Shown: positions 14,203 through 27,898 of the stretch, piece by piece | Layout of the letters: each line of letters opens with the position of its first letter | Numbering within the stretch: the stretch's first letter is position 1 | NCBI GenBank assembly: GCA_044892505.1 | Contig: CM097884.1 | Span: 13,516,001 to 13,580,000, forward strand | Length of the DNA stretch: 64,000 nt | DNA from: Schmidtea nova | Taxonomy: Eukaryota | Direction of reading: 5' to 3' | Position numbers and translations under genes: made by a program | Notes under the pieces: generated by a model | Databases searched by the model: none | Told to the model about the DNA's origin: nothing | Seen by the model: the letters and a program-made list of their open reading frames with translations, nothing else

Positions 14203-14409
14203 TTATACCAAAACACAATTCGCAACCATATTCTTCATATATTTAAATTCACAAAACCTCTCAGACGTAGTATCAATCGATTTTCTATATATTTCAGTCT
14301 CATAATGTTTCGTCTTGCGTTGAATGAGTAAATCTAAATACGTAATCGATGACATTTTTTCTTCACAAGTAAATTTAATGTTAGTATGCAAACTATTCAT
14401 GTACTTCAA
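14203..14409 (-). pseudogene. Penelope-like retroelement RT C-terminal fragment
   Basis: MNSLHTNIKFTCEE..ITYLDLLIQR...YETEIYRK matches the PLE RT motif (N..HP.IKFT.E....FLD+.I.R......+YRK). It lies about 450 bp from repeat copy 2. Confidence 0.8.
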
Positions 14410-15897
14410 AAGAGGCTTTACATGTTCTCAATTTTCAAAAAAAACAATGTTCATTATTATTTAAAAAATTTTGAGACTCATTTTAGATGTAATAAAAAAA
14501 GAAAGAGAGACATCTCTTTTAGGGTAATTTATGACAAATTCAACTGATAATTAACACAGAAATGATGGGAAAAGGATATAAAGGAAAATTAGAAAATGAA
14601 TAATAATTTTAATTAAACTCGTGAAGCATACTAATCCTCAATTCTTGTTTTGACAACATGTGAATAATACGGTTAAATAATGAGACTAATTCAACAATAG
14701 AATCAACAGTTGGTAAGGAAAACAGCCTTAATTTAGAAACAGATTTATAGAATTTTCAAAATATAAAAATGGTCATTTTTTTTGCAACAATGTTATATAT
14801 TGTTTGTTTATGTATTTCTATAATAATCACCTATTTCTCATTTTGTTTAGTTTGTGAGTTATTTTACCTAAATGATATCTTTCCTTCAGTAAAAGGATAA
14901 TCCTTTAAAGAGGGCTAAAAATATTATTTAATTGTTGTCCTTTATAAAGAGTTTTCTCTGTAATAATTTTATAATATCTACTTGATTATTCTTTTGTCAC
15001 CACTAATCAAGATGGAAACAAACAAATTGAGGCAAAGTGAGGCATAGAATTATTTTTTAAAAATTAGAGAAAATAAAGCAAAATGAATTATATGTGAGCA
15101 TGAATTATTTCTTAATGAGTGGACAGATGGTATGTTATATCATATTAGCATTGAACACCGTGACAAAAATTTCACTACCATAAGCAAAATATATAATTAT
15201 AAAACTTTTTAATTCTTATTTGGATTGATTTTCGAAGACGTTTTACCTTTATGTTTTCTTAAAACAAGAAATTTAATGCAAAATTAAACCACCAATTTAA
15301 GATACCTTCCATAAAAATAATGTTCAATATCTATCTTATCTAAATTATTTTTTGCAATATTCAAAACAATCTATGATATGCTCCATGCAGTAGAACTTAT
15401 TAGTTTGGCTTTCGGCGCAAATGATTCATTTATGGATATTACATGCTATTTCATCAGTTCAGAATATTTTAAAGTTTTTATTTGGGATAATTATATAAGA
15501 TCACATGTACAAGACTTGTCATAACAGATATAAAAATATATACCTGATAAGGTTAAAGAGTGGAACCATATTCATTATTATCAGCAAATCAGATATGCGA
15601 GTTTTATTTATCAGCATAACGCTCATTACCACCGATATACCACCATTTTTGAAAGCCATTTAGAAGAAATCTTGTCCATTCGCATTAATAAATTTCTTTA
15701 CATTTTCTTCAAATCATTTTTTTAAAATCACTAGTTGCAGTATTTTAGCTGTATGGTGGATGATCCAACAGCAATAACTTACATTTTGCTATTGCTTTAT
15801 ATGTACGATAAGATGTGAGAATTAGAACGTCGTCAAGGAGCCAATAAAGGTCCTAGTCTCGTGTCTTGCGTATGGTACATGCATATATGGTACATAA

Positions 15898-16423
15898 TTA
15901 TTTAATCAAAGTAGTGTAGTAATTTGAGTTAATGTTGCGGTTAAATACTCCTTTAACATCCCAAAATACACTTAACATCACACATTTGCGGTGGAAAGGG
16001 CCTGAACGAAGCACCTTTGGCGGCTTTTTCCCAGGTAATACCCACCTGATAAATTTTCGCCTACAGTTTGGTATGTATAAACTAAACTGTATTTTATCTT
16101 TTGGCACAATATTTGCCAAAAATTTGGAATAGAATAGTAGTTTTCATAAGCAACCTTTCATTTATCCTTTATATCTGCCGTTAAATACATTAAAATAAAT
16201 GTGATACTTATATTCGCGATTCCCAATTGATCCAACATAGTTTTACAGACAACTTCATTTGTATGATTTTTCTAATTTCAGACAAATTTTCCTTCAATTT
16301 TATAATGTTTTCTCCAATCATTAAAAGTCTTCCACTTCCTTGACTGTTAAAAACCTTTGTTCTGGTGGACAAAAACTCCTGAATCGAGTTATACATTGTA
16401 GTTCTTGAAGGAGCCTCCGTCAT
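15898..16423 (-). pseudogene. Decayed mariner transposase fragment
   Basis: APSRTTMYNSIQEF...SQGSGR (HTH region) and RWVLPGKKPPK...KCVMLSVFWDVKGV (mariner core). Confidence 0.75.
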
Positions 16424-17379
16424 ACGCTTTTTCAGTTTGCTGAATAATTTATTTTTTTTAAACTTTTTAAAATTTAAATTTCAATTATGCTTCTAAATTC
16501 AATTTCATGAATTTTTTAAAAAAATCTCTGAATGACTAAAATTAAATATTAAAACAAACTAGATTTATAACTTTTATTTGTGCCATATTTCAAATATAAA
16601 AATGACCCTAATCCTAACCCTTTTATTTTATTATTTCTATGCGAGACTAATAATAGATATAATAATGAAAATTCGTATGTACCACTTCATGGTTCCGTTT
16701 TTCTTAAACTTTCGCGGATTTAGTCATGTCACCGATTTATCCGAGTTTACCCGAGTTTACCCAATATAAATCTTTATTTCGGCGGACGTAGAATCTGATA
16801 ATTAACAGTATATCTGCCCGATAAATTTATAACAATGTACTTCTATATAGTGATTACTTTGCGTGTGTTCTATAACTAGCTTTTTCACGAATTATTGTTA
16901 ATTGTATTTGTACATGAATATCGTGACTTTTAAAATGTAACAAATTTTCAGTCTGCGAATAGTGGCATATGATATAGGTTGTTATTACTTTACATTTTCA
17001 ATTGTATTTCATTTGACTCCATAATGATTGTGGACAATTATTATGGGGTTTTGATAAAAGTTATCTTCATCTATGATTTGACTGATCTCTTGTACAAATG
17101 CCACATTTGATCGCTAAGCTCCGGAAAGGTTGTTAAAAGAATTAAAAATTTAAATGATATTATTTCTAGAAACGAAGAACTGCAATCAATTTGGGAACTT
17201 ATAAAATAACATATAGATTTACATGATCAATTTAACAAACTATTTGCAAATTTTGATAAAATATAAGTTATTATCAATGGTACCTAAATAATTTTCCAAG
17301 GAAACTGATTCTGCATCACTGATTGATTTACGATGTAGCAAATCATTAGAAGAATTATAAAGAAAAAAAATCGTTATAT

Positions 17380-17560
17380 TTTTAATCCTTATCCATTACG
17401 CTATTATCAAATATTCAAACATTTTTCAAATACTGCGAAATTTGTAATAATTTTTCGATCTACGCACATTTGCGAGCAGAAATTTTCTATAATGAATATT
17501 ATTAAAAATAATTTAAGGATAAGAATAAATTATGAACAATTTGAGTAAGTAGAACGAAAT
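17380..17560 (+). pseudogene. hAT transposase C-terminal remnant
   Basis: STHICEQKFSIMNIIKNNLRIRINYEQFE resembles the hAT dimerisation motif STY.CEQ.FS.M...K...R.R+. Confidence 0.55.
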
Positions 17561-18788
17561 CCACGTCGGATATCGATGAAATCATAAAACACCACTGTAA
17601 GATGGTATATAATACAAATGAATAATAAACTGTTTTTTCTATTGATTACTAATAAATAAATGTTCATATTAAAAAATTCGGATGTTATTAGGAAATTTTA
17701 CTAATATTTCTGTCAAAACACTTCAGATCAATAAGTTTATTTGCTAACTAGTGTTAATAGATCCGATTGATCGTTTTTTGTAATTATCGAATTATTTAGA
17801 TGTTGTAATGATTTTTGTAATATACTCTTTTTGTTGTAATATACTATTAATCATCCACGAAAAATATTCCTTTTACATAATACTCAAGTTTCCTTTATTA
17901 TGCCACTTCTAACATTATTTTCCATAATTTTTTGTGACATTGTCTAAGAAACAAATGTAAATATATATTTAAATTTATTTATTTTGATTTAAAATGTTTC
18001 ATTCAATAAATTTAAAATGTTTTAAATATAATTAAAAATACATCACACTTTATTTTATTTTGTACGTCTTAATTTTTGGTAAATTTTATAAAATTTGAGG
18101 AGAGCATTATTATTAGAATATTTACTGAATATTTCAACGTAAATAAATGCATACTTGATTTTTTAATCAAAATCTAACATTTAAATTAAAAACTATTTAA
18201 AACTATTAATGATTGAAATTATTTATGTCACTTAAATTAGATCTTCATTTGAAATGTGAAGTTGATAAAATTTAACGTCTTTTTTCCAAAAGTATAAAAT
18301 TTAACACGCCTAAATCATTGAATTTTCGTCTCAATGTAAAGTTTAAATACAAAAACGTTTTTTAAAAATAAAATTTAAATTTTTATAAGCACAGATTGAC
18401 TAGGAGATTAATTGTTGGCCGAAAACTGATTAAAATTTCATGTTGACTAATTTCATTGCAAAAACTCTATTATTGTAGAATTTACATATGAGTGATTTTC
18501 TTAATAACGTTGAAAAGCTAAAATTTTTATAACACCTACAAATGTCGATTAATATTTGCAATTTTCTCTCGTTTCGTTTATCAATCTGATTACTATTGCT
18601 AATATCTAAATATAGAAATTCATTTGAACTTTTAAATTTATTAGTTTTATATATGTTCATTTCACGATTTTATTATTATTATTATTTTTATTATTATTAT
18701 CATTATTATTATTAATATTATTATCATTATTATTTTTAATATTATTTTTATTATTAATAATATTATTATTTTTATTATCATTATTTTT

Positions 18789-19033
18789 ATTATTATTATC
18801 AATAATTCCCATAATGATGACTATAGATCAAAATTTTTTAAAATTTTTTTATAAACAATAACAATATTTCGACACATTTTTTATCAAGTGTGTATTCAAT
18901 ATAAAGGCTGTGCCGAAATATTGTGTTATTATTTATAAAAAAATTAAAAAAATTTTGATCTATAGTCATCATTATGGGAATTATTGATAATAATAATGAA
19001 AAAAGATCAAAGGTGAAAAAAGATAATTATGAT
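18789..19033. repeat. Palindromic Penelope pLTR-like repeat, copy 3
   Basis: Same arms and tail. The right arm has lost the TTGA of the ribozyme core and the left arm has stem II substitutions. Confidence 0.8.
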
Positions 19034-19639
19034 ATTATTTTTTTTTATCATTATCATCATTTTTATTTTTATTTTTATTTTTATTATTATTGTTATTAAT
19101 TTTATTATTACTAATGTCTTAGATCTGTGTCAAACGAATAGGAAGACCAGTGAGATTAAGTAAGAACTTAATCTCACTGGTCATCCGATTCTTTTGGCAC
19201 ATAGAACTAAGAAATTGAGTCAAGCCCTGGCTAACAACCCAAGAAAAGAAAATACATGTAAGATGGAAAATCGCCAAACATCAAAGAAAATATGCTTTCG
19301 CAAGAACATAAATTTATTTCACCTGAAAAAAGTTTTAGAAAAAAATTTAAATTTTATAGTTTTTATTTTATATTTTTAAATTTTTAACAAAAGACATTAA
19401 AAAAACCAATTTAAATTCATATTAATAAATTGACATCCAATGAAAAAAGAAGATAATTCACGAGAAAGAAACAGCAGAAATGAATGAAGATACCAGTTAT
19501 ATGCGGAATTAGGGATTGACAAGGATTATTTTATAATCGAAAAATTTCTCACTTATTAAAATTGTTTTTACAGCAATGGCTATTTTGTTATTTATTTATT
19601 AATAAATAACCGAATAAAACCTTTGCTGCAAAATTTTGT

Positions 19640-19870
19640 ATTAAGTACAAATTTTCGGTTATAAAATAATCCTTATCAAGCAAACTGACTGCTAATATGG
19701 GACGTTAGAGTTTGTTGTTTTTGCTCAAAGCTTGCGGAATCCATGCGTCGAGTTTTTGAACTTTCACCATCGAATAAAAATGGTTCACCACAGTCTTCTG
19801 GACACGTAAGCTGCTCAGCCAATTCCCTTATCAGAAGACTCGAATTTTAATAAAGAAGTCGCATCAATCA
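19640..19870 (-). pseudogene. Decayed mariner transposase fragment
   Basis: SLRVQKTVVNHFYSMVKVQKLDAWIP resembles the mariner TV..HL..+G.V.KLD.WVPHEL motif. Confidence 0.6.
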
Positions 19871-21140
19871 ATGTTCATTAAACCAAAAGGGGTTATTGGA
19901 AGCTCCAGCGTGCTTTAGATTGAAATTCTCGTTTTTGAATCGTATAAATCTTCTTCGTACGCATTAAAAATCTTATGAGCAGCTTCTTAACCATAACGAT
20001 TAAAAACGAATAGCAACAAATGTTAAAAATGTTCTTTTTTTAACACGATATTCTTTTTAAGGACTGAAGACAATTAAATCAACTCTAAAATCTAAACATA
20101 CCAAAGCATAGATGCAAAATTTCTCTTTCGAATGGCATATAGTAGTTTCAAAAGCGTACTTTTTAGTGGCAATTTTCAAATTTTAATAAACCGCAATGAG
20201 TCTTTCCTCAACCCAATATACCCTCTCAAATTTAATTCTAAACCAAATAATACAATGTACAGAAACTGAAAATTGATCTTTTTACGACTCCCGAACATCT
20301 AATTCATCTGTATTCTAATTTTAGGTTTGGTATCAAGAAACTTGCGAATTTTCATAAGATTAAAAACGTTGTTTTTCTTTTTATACAACCATTCAAACAA
20401 AAATACATCTCTCAACGAGTACTCGGGTGCACTAATAACAGCCTGTTAATAACTGCCCGGGTAATTAAATGAGTCGTCGAGTGTCCGTTTAATTCATTTA
20501 TCATATGACTTCTGGAAGTGCTGGCCAGTTAATGCACGAGTCAATGACTTCAACTTGCAACTGCAACCACCTCATTCAGTTTTATCTCAATAACAAATTT
20601 TTGTAATAAATTACAAACAAATTTTATTTCATTATTATTATTTTTCTTCGTTCAAACTTTAAAAATTTAGCGCTTAATTAAATAAATTTAAATATTCTAC
20701 TTTCTCCTTTTCTACTTTTGAATGTTGGCTGTTGCGTCAATTTTTCCATCCTTATTTCACAAGTTAACGTAAAGTGGTAGTTGTCTTGCCCGCTGAAAAA
20801 TGAAAAAAAACTAAAAACAAAACTAATTAAAACCTCAATTATCTCACTTTACGAAATAATATTTAATTTTCAAATTTCAATGTAACATTAAGCATTAAAC
20901 ATCCGCTGTATCAGTACAACATAGTAAGTGTTAACATAAAATAAATTAAATAATAGGGGTTTCGGTTTGTAAATAAAATTTTAACACAAATGGATACCCA
21001 TGCATGTATTTTTTTAAATTTTCTGACATCCCTACTTGCAAATTTACCATATTTTTACATGCTTATATATAACCTAGCTTGTTGTTTGTCTCCAAATCTT
21101 GTAATCGATTTTTCGTCCACTTCCGATATCCAAGAGGTGG

Positions 21141-21172
<32 letters not shown>

Positions 21173-22040
21173 ATAAGTAAAGTTGATGACAATGCAAAGA
21201 ACTTTCAGCGTGATGCTCCCCAAACGTTATACAAACGAGCCTCCATCCGTAAACACTTCTAATCATTTAGTTTATGTTATCCAATGCTTCCTGTAATAAT
21301 TTTTGTCAACTAATTTAAGTCATTAAACCCATCCACTGCGCTGCAATTTCTTTGGTAAAAGGGCAAAAAATGGTTAAAATGAAAAACTGATTATGCCTTT
21401 ATCTAAGAAACCAAGGGTGCGAGAAAAAACGAATCTCAGATTCAAAATCAGCGGCATCGAATTACCCTGGTTCACATGATAACTTTTTTGAAATTTTTTG
21501 AAAGTTAAAATTTGTTGGACAGTGTAAATTTCATTAAATAATAATTAAAAAATGTTTTGCTTATCGAAGAACTAGAATGCTAAAAGTTAACAGGAACGAC
21601 ACCCTGTAATGACAGTACACTTGCAGAAATTGTGACACTGCGATTAGTTGAGCAATAAGCAGAATGAAAAATTTATAAATTTAATTAAAAATCTATATAA
21701 GAGAAATCTATAAAACCATGTTCTTAAAATTTTTTGAATGGTACTTGTTTTATAATCAATTTGTTTCAGTTTTCGCACACAAATTCTTTTGTAAGGGTTC
21801 ATTTTTTGTTGACATTTTCTAATTAATGTTGTAACTGTCAGAGCAACAAGATAAACAATTTCTTCAGATAAGTATTAGATCGTATTATTAGCTGAACCAA
21901 ATGAGAAGGTTTCTTATTCGGCGACGGATAATACTTTTAAATATAATTACTTTTAAACGTTATAAGTTTAATTTAATCATTCTTTGGGTTTTATTCATTT
22001 TTTATTGAAATTTTTTAGTTACGCTAATAAATACTCCCAG

Positions 22041-22703
22041 CCAAAAGAACCTGTTTCCTCGAACATATCCTGCTCTTCAACAGATTCTATTGTTGCTCAG
22101 ACATCTACAATTAATAATTTATCATCAAAAACTAGAACAAATAAACAACCGGAATCTCTTTTATGGAAGACCTATGATCCAAAAACTAGTTTATCTACTT
22201 CAGGTCAATGTGCATCATCATTAACTAATAAATCGCCGTCAAATAACCGTCGTCAGTTACCAAATGTTTCCATGTCAAATTCTATTCCAGTTTCATCATT
22301 TACTCGGCAACCGGATAACAATTTCTATAAACACAATTCGATAACATCAACTCCTTCTACGATATCTGTTCCTATTACACCTTATCAAAAAATCCTCTCC
22401 ACTCCACCGCCCAATTCAATGATTAATCAACAGAACTCGTTCCAGACCACTCTTTCTAGTTATGGACTATTCAATATCCATTCATCCTCGCTTCAAAGCG
22501 TAACTCCATCTGTTGCAACAATTTATAAATCTCCCATTAGCTCTAAACCGGAAAATATAGTGACAAATAACCCTCGTTCTAGAATAGCTGGAACATCGGT
22601 AGCAAATATTGTATCCACAGTAGCTCCATCTAACCCTCCTTTGCTACGATCTGGAGATTCTAGTCCAGCTATTCCCAAGCATGTTTACGTTAATGGTAAA
22701 TAA
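22041..22703 (+). CDS. Probable 3' exon (S/T/P/N-rich tail) of the CTTNBP2-family gene
   Basis: A 239-codon open frame of low-complexity S/T/P/N composition on the same strand. The CAG acceptor at 22038-22040 is phase 0, compatible with the donor at 11554; an alternative acceptor at 22018 is phase 2. The link to the gene is inferred. Confidence 0.55.
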   Translation, partial: PKEPVSSNISCSSTDSIVAQTSTINNLSSKTRTNKQPESLLWKTYDPKTSLSTSGQCASSLTNKSPSNNRRQLPNVSMSNSIPVSSFTRQPDNNFYKHNSITSTPSTISVPITPYQKILSTPPPNSMINQQNSFQTTLSSYGLFNIHSSSLQSVTPSVATIYKSPISSKPENIVTNNPRSRIAGTSVANIVSTVAPSNPPLLRSGDSSPAIPKHVYVNGK

Positions 22704-24441
22704 CATAACCGATCTTTATAAACTGCATTGATTCAAGATTCCTCAAGATCTATACTGTACACAATTATCCGGTCATTTAACAAATGTTATTTTAATTTTT
22801 ATTATTTGTTGACGGAATAATAAATACATTATTTGGTGATTATTTTTTGGCAACCAATGATTGTTTTCACATTAAATATGTAATACAAAAGAAGCATTTA
22901 ATCGATAATTGGAACTATTTTCAAAAATCCTCTTGTTCTCAAAATCAGAAAATGTCTCAATATATAATTATGATCTATTTACTTTTGGATTTTGTCATTT
23001 TTATTACCGTGTTTCATTTATACATAAATACATTCATTCGATGCGCAATTCTTTCATTTCGTTATTGTTACTAGACAATGCAAATTAGTTTCCAACAGAA
23101 GAACATTATGTATTCATCCTCAATGCATGAATGATAAAAAAGAATTTTTTACGTTTTTATTTATTAATCCAATGAAATGCATTATATATTACTATTGGTC
23201 AATTTCTTCCTCGCGAAATTATTACTATAAAATTTACTTTATCTCTAGATTATTACTATTTATTATTTTAATAAATGGACTGCTTTACGGTTTTCTTTGT
23301 AGTTAAAACACATTTTTGCTAATCTATATACACTTATTGTTGATGTAATAGAAAATGGAAATTGTATGATAGTTTTTTTAATTTCTGTAAATTTTGGATT
23401 TTTGTCTCGAAACATTATTTGATATATAATTATAATGAAAATGATTTATTTTTATTATTGTTGCCAATTTATTATTGATTTGCTAATATCAGAAATTTGC
23501 TTTGCCTGGTCGGTTTTTTTGTGAGCCCTTTTAAACAGTTGCCAATTAGCCCGGAAAATAGAGCATAAATAACCTAAAATTCTGTAAATAATGGAAATTA
23601 AAATAGATTTAAAAATGTATGAATAAAAAGGCTTTGATTCTTGTACGTTGAAATGAATCATGGACTATCTATTCTAGTAAAAGTAATGTTTACACAGTTT
23701 TCAATTGTCTTCTGACTTGTGTTTTGTAATAAAAATGCAATCTCGTTATGTATAAATTGAATAAATCGAATTCTTATTCGTCAAGGGCTACATTTTTGTA
23801 TAATGTAATATAAGAAAATTCATTTTAAATTTATATTCACAAAATGATAATTATTCCTTGATTAAGCGCAATTTTTTTGATGTTGCCGTCAATTTTTTTC
23901 AAAGATTTATCACTACCTAAATAAATAACAACCGATTATTAACTGAATACCATTAATTTCGATTACTTATCTCATCATCTGAATTCTCTGACCGAGACGG
24001 TAAATCAATACAATTAAAACCCATATCCAAAATAACAATTACTATTGATATGATTGTTATTATTACCTTGATAATTTTATTTCATTTTTAAAATTTATTG
24101 TTGACTATTCAGTTCTGACTTCATTATACGTTGACGAAAAATTATAGATCTTTGATTTTTAACCAAAAAGTAAGGTCTATGGCAGTGGTAGACAACCCTT
24201 TTTTAAGAGCGGGTAAATTTCAATATTTGTGCTTCTCTATCGGGTAACTAGGTAAAAATTGACTCAGTAGTTTTTGTTAATATTTTTATTATAATATTAC
24301 CTAATATGTTTTAAAAAAGTTTAAAATATTAATGACTTCCTTGATTTTTGAACTGCACAATTTTTCTAAATCTGGTTGGTATTTTGTTAGTTTTAATCTA
24401 CATTACCCGCGAATAGGGTGTTGCCTATTACTGGTCTAAGG

Positions 24442-24751
24442 CAGTGGTTCTCAACCCGTGTTCCGCGAATCCGCTGTCGGTGTTCCTGCGAAAAAATCTA
24501 CATTTTATCTTTAAATTTGCATTTAAGATACATATCATCAAAATTAAATTTGTTTTTTTGGTAATGTGCGTTTATAGTTAATATCTTCAAGACCATTTAT
24601 TAATAGAGGATGGTTCAAAAGTCGCTTCATTATTCAAAAATGAAATAATATGTTCGCTTGTGAATTTTTTAATGTATTATTTTGTCAGTGTTCCGCGTAA
24701 AAAAATCATGTGAATGGTGTTCTGCGCTTTTAAATTAGTAGAGAACCACTT
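24442..24751. mobile_element. hAT (Buster-like) MITE, copy A
   Basis: TIR CAGTGGTTCTCAAC / GTAGAGAACCACT; 8-bp TSD GTCTAAGG/GTCTAAGA. The internal sequence is the inverse of 32758-33051. Confidence 0.85.
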
Positions 24752-25127
24752 GTCTAAGATATACGAACGAAGTCAATTATCATAACTTAATATGATATAT
24801 AATATTCAAATGACGATAGAGTCTTTTTCGTGTTATGAATGTTGGGCCAGCCGAGTGGAGTTGAAACTTACAATTAAATAAAATAAGAAATAAAGAAATA
24901 AGAATATTTAATAGTAAATTACCCAACAGTAGCCAGGAATCTAGAAACAAAATAACGGGAAAAATAATCAATAAAATAAGTAGTACGAGAAATAATCCAC
25001 GAAAAAACATAAATTACTTAAGTGAACACAGCACACAACCCAGCTGTCCCAAGACAGTTATAATTTATAAAGGAGACTCTGTTGGGATCTACAGTTTTCC
25101 CTTACACATATATTTAACTATATAAAT

Positions 25128-26108
25128 CAGTGATTCCCAACCTATTTTGGCTTAGGGCCACTTTTGTTTAGTTGGAGGGCACGAAGGGCCAAAAGGTTAA
25201 AATAACTAAAAATTACGAAGATAAAATCTCTATGATGAGTCTATACTCTATATGAAAAAATCAAGGATACTTTTTTTACATGACACAATTTACAATAATA
25301 TTTTACAATAGACAAATTCCTGATTAATAACTTTAGTTTAGTTATTAAATTGCCAGTGATAATTATTGGTGTTTAACTTTGATAAAGAAATTGTGGATTC
25401 AATGGAACGTCAATAAAGTCCATAGATAGTGATTTCTGGAATAAACCATTTTTGTAGTTAAAAGATATTTTTATTCTTCAATAAATATATTCCCAGGCAT
25501 TTGGATTTAATGTGAATTTTGTGGCTGAATATTAGAAGCCAGTTTTTTAATGTCAGGTTGAAGTTTAGTTGTTGCCAGAATCATAAGTCCATTCAAGTTT
25601 GAATCAGTGAGGCGTGAACGATTTTTGCTTTTAATCAATTTCATTGCAGAAAATGACTGCTCGCATCTGTATGTGCTACCAAAACGACAAACATAACGTT
25701 GTGCAAAAGATTGCAGATGTTCAGAAGAGCGGAAATGAAATCAGATTGTTAGTGAAAAACTACTAAAAGTTAATCTAAACACAGATTTTACTATTATATG
25801 CCCATTTAGCTACTGAAATATATTAATTTGGTGAATGCAAACGACCCCTCTCTCTTGTAAGGCTGAACGCGCCCTCTCTCCTGCTTTGCCATGGAAATAG
25901 TAAGAGAGGGGGGCACGTTTGTCCGACGTCAATGGTTTATTTAACTATACTGATATATCATAGTTTTAAACTAAATTTAGGGCAAACGTTTTCCATGGAA
26001 GGTGTAATTGTGATATATTTTTAGTGTTCTTTGTTGAGAAGCCGAGGGCCACTTTTTTATGTCCGGCGGGTAACTTCTGGCCCGCGGGCCACAGGTTGGG
26101 AACCACTG
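25128..26108 (-). mobile_element. Non-autonomous hAT deletion derivative (SPIN/Buster-like)
   Basis: TIR CAGTGATTCCCAACCT / AGGTTGGGAACCACTG; perfect 8-bp TSD ATATAAAT. Minus-strand 25510-25740 reads FGSTYRCEQSFSAMKLIKSKNRSRLTDSNL...QNSH*. Confidence 0.92.
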
Positions 26109-26622
26109 ATATAAATACATCCCTACAATATATTAAAACTTAAACACAATATAATTCTTCTTATACTATAACCTTATACTATTTTTAAATGTAACATGTG
26201 GGCAAACAAACACCAAATTTTTATATTTATCAATAAATACATCAGTATGTGAACTAGGTTGAGAAACTATAACTCCCAATGTATTATTTTGATTATTGAG
26301 TCTCAAATAATTGATTTCTTGAGTTCCTCTTTTAGTTTCAATTTGAATAAAAGAATTAAAAGAAATAATACCGGAACAAATTTCACAAAAATGAAATAAT
26401 TCAAAGCAACTTCCTAATAGTCATTATTATTTAAATAAACCGGATTTTGAAATTCTACATTAAAATTACTAGCTTCATTATTAGGATAATTAATAGTAAA
26501 CGCGTCACTAGGTAAAATCATATAAAACTTGTTTTCTTTCATAATATTTATTTAATCAGTTTGTTTTCAGATATCCAAGTAGGAGTCGATCTTTTGAACG
26601 TGAGTTAGTCAGAAAACCCATG

Positions 26623-27400
26623 TCATTGAACATAATATTGTTTATATTTCCCAACCATACTAGTTTTTAAAATCTTTTGAATTCTGAAAACTGACGGGTA
26701 AGGAATGACTTGAAATTCTTGTTCATAGAATTTCCCACTGATTTCAATATTTTTAGAATCGGTCATAAAATACATGACAGGGTTCTGATTTGTATTGATT
26801 TTTGGAATTTGATAAACTTCATCACTCCAACTATTGTCTAAATTCTTGATAAAGGGATCCATTGATTTTACTATTTCTAACATGATCACTGACTTTGTAT
26901 TTCGTCTTTTTCTTTATCGATTTTCTTTGTTCAGATAACCAATTATTAATATTATTTGTAGAATATACATCAATGGGTCACTTTCCTTGTATTCCTTTAT
27001 GTGAAGAATAATTATAACTATAAATCAATTTAGACAAAGCATTTATCCAAGTTTTATTTCTTTGAAAGACAAAATATTTTTTTCAATTCATCTCTCAGAA
27101 AAGCCTATAAAATTTCCATACTTTCATTAATTGGAGCCTTTATTAAGGCATTAAAATATGGTAAACTGCGTTCAATTTTCATTATTATCAATTTTTTACA
27201 ATTTTGTTTTGTTTATAATTTAATCCATTTCTTCTTCTTTATCGATCTTTTGTTTTTTGATTTCTTTTTTAAGGAAATCTTCTTTAATGACATCTTCTTT
27301 AACCTTGTTTAATACATTTTTTTGTTTATCAGTTTTACAATTACAGGTTGAACATTGATTTTTTTGAATGACATTTTAATTAATTAATTTTATGATTTCA
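26623..27400 (-). pseudogene. Polinton/Maverick-type integrase remnant (C-terminal part)
   Basis: NSWSDEVYQI.KI.TNQNPVMYFMTD...EISGKFYEQEFQ..YPSVFRIQKILK resembles Polinton integrase NWS.E+F.I......NP..Y.+.D..GE.I.G.FYEQELQ...YP.VY.+EK+LK. The upstream extent is approximate. Confidence 0.6.
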
Positions 27401-27898
27401 ATTTTGTCTAGAAATTATTGTGCCTTTTTCATTGAAAATGTTGGGCTGACGAAATCAAAAAATATATGTTTAAATTATTCGAAAATTAAATATATACTAA
27501 AAGACACTTATTCAAAAACGCACAATAAAACGTTAAGCATTAAAATAACGAAAAAGAAAATAAAACAGTAAAGTACATTAGTAGTCATACGAACCGCATT
27601 CTACAAGTTGGTCGAGATTGGGCTAAAATGATAGAAAAGAGTCATATAGGAAGAAAGCCCACGATTTGAGTGCAAGTCAGATTTACATACGAAGGAGCAC
27701 ATGAGAATTGAATAAGGAAGATCATTGCTTGTATAGTAAATAAGAAAAGCATAATCAAAGAATAAAATTTGTATTAGAATAAAGGAAATAATTTAATAAA
27801 AATTATAAAAAGTCCCATTGAAATATCATAAAAATAACAGAGATAGGAATGAAAATAGAAATATATTAAATTTGATTGTTTTAATAAATCAATTTGAC

